A DNA stretch of 64,000 nucleotides from Macrostomum lignano (Eukaryota). A model generated the notes under the pieces. It was not told the DNA's origin, did no database searches, and was given only the letters and a program-made list of their open reading frames with translations. The position numbers were made by a program, and so were the translations under genes. Location of the stretch: positions 248,001 through 312,000 of the forward strand of contig NIVC01000455.1 in NCBI GenBank assembly GCA_002269645.1, read 5' to 3'. Positions 60,983 through 64,000 of this stretch are shown piece by piece; within the stretch, counting starts at the first letter, position 1; the number at the start of each line of letters is the position of its first letter.

Positions 60983-63919
60983 TTACGAGTTTAAAAGTGC
61001 AACGAGCACGATGCACTCAGGCTCACGTACGAACGGGTTATAGTCTGACGTAACTTTCATGTCGTCAATTCTCGTCCACACACAGCTCAGTACGCTTGCT
61101 GTGAAATGTCCCGATTTCAGTCGGTTTCCATGGTGTGATATTGTGGCCACTGGCTTACCAAGTGTAGAAACACCCCCTGACCTTGAAGAAAAGCTTACAG
61201 GAGTTTGAAGCTTAAGGTGGCCATCCATACTAGCACGATCAAGATATATCAGGGTAAACTTTCCAGGTGTTACTACGATCTCTTGATTACAATCGCCCAG
61301 GCAATTGGCGTCCGAACATTTCACTACCTGAGGAGCGACAAAAGCGCAGAAGATTTTGTCTAAACTGACAATTGAGCGCTCAAATTGACAGAGAGGAATG
61401 CAAATCACTCTGTTATCGATTGTGCCAACAGGAACTTCAGCACTTGTGCGCTGGCAATCCCGACAAGTTTGAATGAGTGAAAATTCTGTGAAAGCATCTG
61501 ATGACAGAAATTCCAGATGTATTAGAAGCGTTTGAACAAATTCGTTGACGCAATGGTGCTGATTTGTTTGAAATGAATCTGGATGTTGCAACCGAACTGC
61601 CGTTAACAGTGGAGTGACTGTTGCAGACCGCTGTTGCATCTCCGTCAGAAGACGAAGCAGCTCTCGATGGACTTGGTCGTTGCTAGTCTCTTTTAAAATG
61701 CATCCATTAGAATGCAGGCAGAGAAACAATTGCACTGCTGCATTTGCGTAGCACTGCAGGCCATTATTTGGCAACCCAAATAACTTCTTCGGCGAATTCA
61801 ATGAACCAGTAGCATTTGAACTGTGCCTCTGTTCATCTTGCTGCGATTCAGCACTGTCTCTGCGAGGTGCATTTGGAGCTGGATGACCACCAGATTGATC
61901 ATTGTAAAGATTGGCAATCAGTGCTTTTGGCAAAGCACTGTCAATAAATCGGAAGCTGCTGCCGCACATGTTGTAGCTTTCGGGGTGATATGCATAACAG
62001 CCTAGCATTCTAACCACAGCCATAACATGACTGTCACACCCTGCTGTCCTGCTTCCGGCCTTTGAGGATGAAAAGTAGCCATGCAGACGCAGCAGCCCCG
62101 AGTCACGAAATCCGAATCGGTTACCACTTGCAGTTTCGCAAATACGAAGGACAACTCGGTAAGTTTTTGACCGATGACGGGAATGAAGAACGGCTAAATA
62201 TATCCAAGATGGCCTCCATTCTCCAAACTTACTGCTCCACCCCTTTGGTGGCGCTCGCTGATGAAACTTCCAGCATTTTAAATGGCTTGGCAGTTCAGAA
62301 ATCAACAATTCGAAATCGCGCCACGAGTCTCCAGCGTAGCTACTGAGCACCTCATGAACTCTGACGTTTTCGATGTAGCGTTTTGACTGAAGAACGTGGT
62401 ATGGGCCGATGCTAAGCTCTTCCAGATTTCTTTCGTCAACGCTGGGGAACCCTGAACTTTCAGGGTCCAGGGGATCCACTGCTGTCCATTTTCGGGTAGA
62501 ACTCGTTGGTATTCGAGTCAAATCGCAATTGTACTCAAGTTGCTCAATTTCGTCTAGCTCATTCGCAATGAAAAGACGTTTAGCAAAGTTCCGTCCGTAT
62601 TCGAACATGGAGCAATCTGACCATGACGGCGGCAGACTCCTTGTAGCTTGAAATCCTGGATGCGAATGGTTGAATTTTGCCATGGAGTTTTCAATAACAA
62701 CATCGAGCCGGCTGCGTTCGGTAAACTCTGGGGCATGTAGCCATTGGTACGGCTCCTGTCGCTCATTTATGCATTTGTCCTGCTTGATTGCAGCAAAGCT
62801 ACATTCTACGAGATAACGGAAAAGCGTAGCGCAGCGACTTGTATTTGCTTCGATTGATGTATGCTTTCCTGGTATTGATCGGTCACCAACAGGAGCCTCA
62901 TTATTTACAAATTCAAACTGCTCGTTTAGAACTCGGTCACCTGGACTGGTCGGAAATAGAAGCGTCGTGCAGCCTTTACTATTAGTCTCTATAAAGTCGC
63001 GGAAGTTAACCGAAGTTGGTGAACAAAGTTGGTGGCTGTAACCTTTGTCGAAAATGCCAATAACGTGATAATCTTTCTGTACAGAGCATAGAATGCGCAA
63101 CAAAATGGGCTCTATTAGTCCTTCAGCCTCCATGTCAACTTGCATTGCAGTCAAATTCCCATCGCCCATTGTTGGCGAGATAGCGGCGGTAAGGGGAGCG
63201 GTGTAGATAATTTTTCCTCTACTGTTGACAACCGCCATTTTTTTGTTCACATTCATTTTCTTGCCGGAAAAGTAAGTTCGAATTTGCGTGTGGTGTGAGC
63301 TGCTCTTAGGGAGATAAAAGTAAGTATGATCACCCACTAGAAGAACAAGCTTCTTGCCTTTGAGTAGTGTGTGAAATACACCGAGAATAAATTGATCGCG
63401 TACTACATTTTCCTCAAGCAGAGTCTGAATCGGAGTCGACGCTATCGACCTCGGTTGATATGGATCCCGTAGGTACTGCTCCTTGGCAATCTCCCAAAAA
63501 ATGTCGCATGCTCTTTGGGCAGAAATGTTGAAATCGAAAGCTAATGATTGAAAGCTGCAACCTTGGCGAAGCTTCTTCAGGTACAAAAATATTCGAGATG
63601 GCTTTGTCAAAATACGAAGGCGAGATACTTCTGGTAACATTTCTGAGAAGCTATCGAAATCACTATAGCTAAGACCGCAAATACGTTTGAACTCCTTCTC
63701 ATTTGCGGTTCGTGGAAAAAGGTTTGGGTTCAAAAAAACTTTCACATACTTACCACCGACCGCAAGAAACTGAAGCGCCTCTCGTGCGTTTCTCGGAGGC
63801 GCGAAGGCTCCAGACGATTCAGATGAGCAGCGACCACATCTAGTCGTTTCGAGATGTCGGTTCAAATTGGCTGCTTTGCTGAATTGATGACCACATTGAG
63901 AGCAAGTAAAATCGGACAT
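60983..63919 (-). CDS. 978-aa transposase-deubiquitinase fusion: C2H2 finger, HTH, PIF/Harbinger-ISL2EU-type DDE core, degenerate SWIM, USP/peptidase C19 domain
   Basis: CSQC..F...NL.RH; LYLKKLRQGCSFQSLAFDFNIS (HTH); VGDHTY, MGDGNL, FDKGY, RYLVECSFAAIK (DDE); FGLPNNGLQCYANAAVQ Cys box (Cys codon 61753-61751); QHHCVNEF; CRDC and CSDANC zinc ribbon; HHGNRLKSGHFTA (His 61108-61106) and WTRIDD; first ATG at 63919. Confidence 0.85.
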   Translation of the reverse strand: MSDFTCSQCGHQFSKAANLNRHLETTRCGRCSSESSGAFAPPRNAREALQFLAVGGKYVKVFLNPNLFPRTANEKEFKRICGLSYSDFDSFSEMLPEVSRLRILTKPSRIFLYLKKLRQGCSFQSLAFDFNISAQRACDIFWEIAKEQYLRDPYQPRSIASTPIQTLLEENVVRDQFILGVFHTLLKGKKLVLLVGDHTYFYLPKSSSHHTQIRTYFSGKKMNVNKKMAVVNSRGKIIYTAPLTAAISPTMGDGNLTAMQVDMEAEGLIEPILLRILCSVQKDYHVIGIFDKGYSHQLCSPTSVNFRDFIETNSKGCTTLLFPTSPGDRVLNEQFEFVNNEAPVGDRSIPGKHTSIEANTSRCATLFRYLVECSFAAIKQDKCINERQEPYQWLHAPEFTERSRLDVVIENSMAKFNHSHPGFQATRSLPPSWSDCSMFEYGRNFAKRLFIANELDEIEQLEYNCDLTRIPTSSTRKWTAVDPLDPESSGFPSVDERNLEELSIGPYHVLQSKRYIENVRVHEVLSSYAGDSWRDFELLISELPSHLKCWKFHQRAPPKGWSSKFGEWRPSWIYLAVLHSRHRSKTYRVVLRICETASGNRFGFRDSGLLRLHGYFSSSKAGSRTAGCDSHVMAVVRMLGCYAYHPESYNMCGSSFRFIDSALPKALIANLYNDQSGGHPAPNAPRRDSAESQQDEQRHSSNATGSLNSPKKLFGLPNNGLQCYANAAVQLFLCLHSNGCILKETSNDQVHRELLRLLTEMQQRSATVTPLLTAVRLQHPDSFQTNQHHCVNEFVQTLLIHLEFLSSDAFTEFSLIQTCRDCQRTSAEVPVGTIDNRVICIPLCQFERSIVSLDKIFCAFVAPQVVKCSDANCLGDCNQEIVVTPGKFTLIYLDRASMDGHLKLQTPVSFSSRSGGVSTLGKPVATISHHGNRLKSGHFTASVLSCVWTRIDDMKVTSDYNPFVREPECIVLVALLNS

Positions 63920-64000
63920 TACTAGCAAGTATAAAACGCAATCTGCAACAAATCTGCACCTGTCATAAAACTAAGTAAGAAAAACTGACCAAAACCTTAA

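Overview
Eukaryotic (metazoan) genomic DNA, not prokaryotic. GC-rich exons, introns packed with distinct minisatellites, RTE-like LINE relics and a PAN/LamG gene family suggest a flatworm such as Macrostomum (inference from style, not a database match). Hand-spliced genes: FICD/HYPE (5 exons, 18877-26608, Fic motif HPFYDGNGRTAR), ECSIT (at least 4 exons, 28299-34430), a partial secreted, possibly Ig-like gene (minus, 4642-6618) and an orphan 3-exon gene (9907-11802). Five paralogs of a secreted PAN/apple-like + LamG/ConA-like protein are present: two intact, three frameshifted or truncated. They share a near-identical core but have patchwork hypervariable loops. Mobile DNA includes tRNA-derived SINEs (one CORE/MIR-like, one with a 14-bp TSD), an internally deleted Tc1/IS630-like element and several LINE fragments. 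The standout is an intact, intronless 978-aa ORF (minus, 60983-63919) fusing a C2H2-HTH-DDE transposase of PIF/Harbinger-ISL2EU type to an apparently catalytically complete USP/C19 deubiquitinase domain. Other notable points are a CpG desert inside FICD and minisatellites seeded at splice or stop junctions. Splice models and alignments were made by eye, repeat boundaries are approximate, and single-base frameshifts could be assembly errors.
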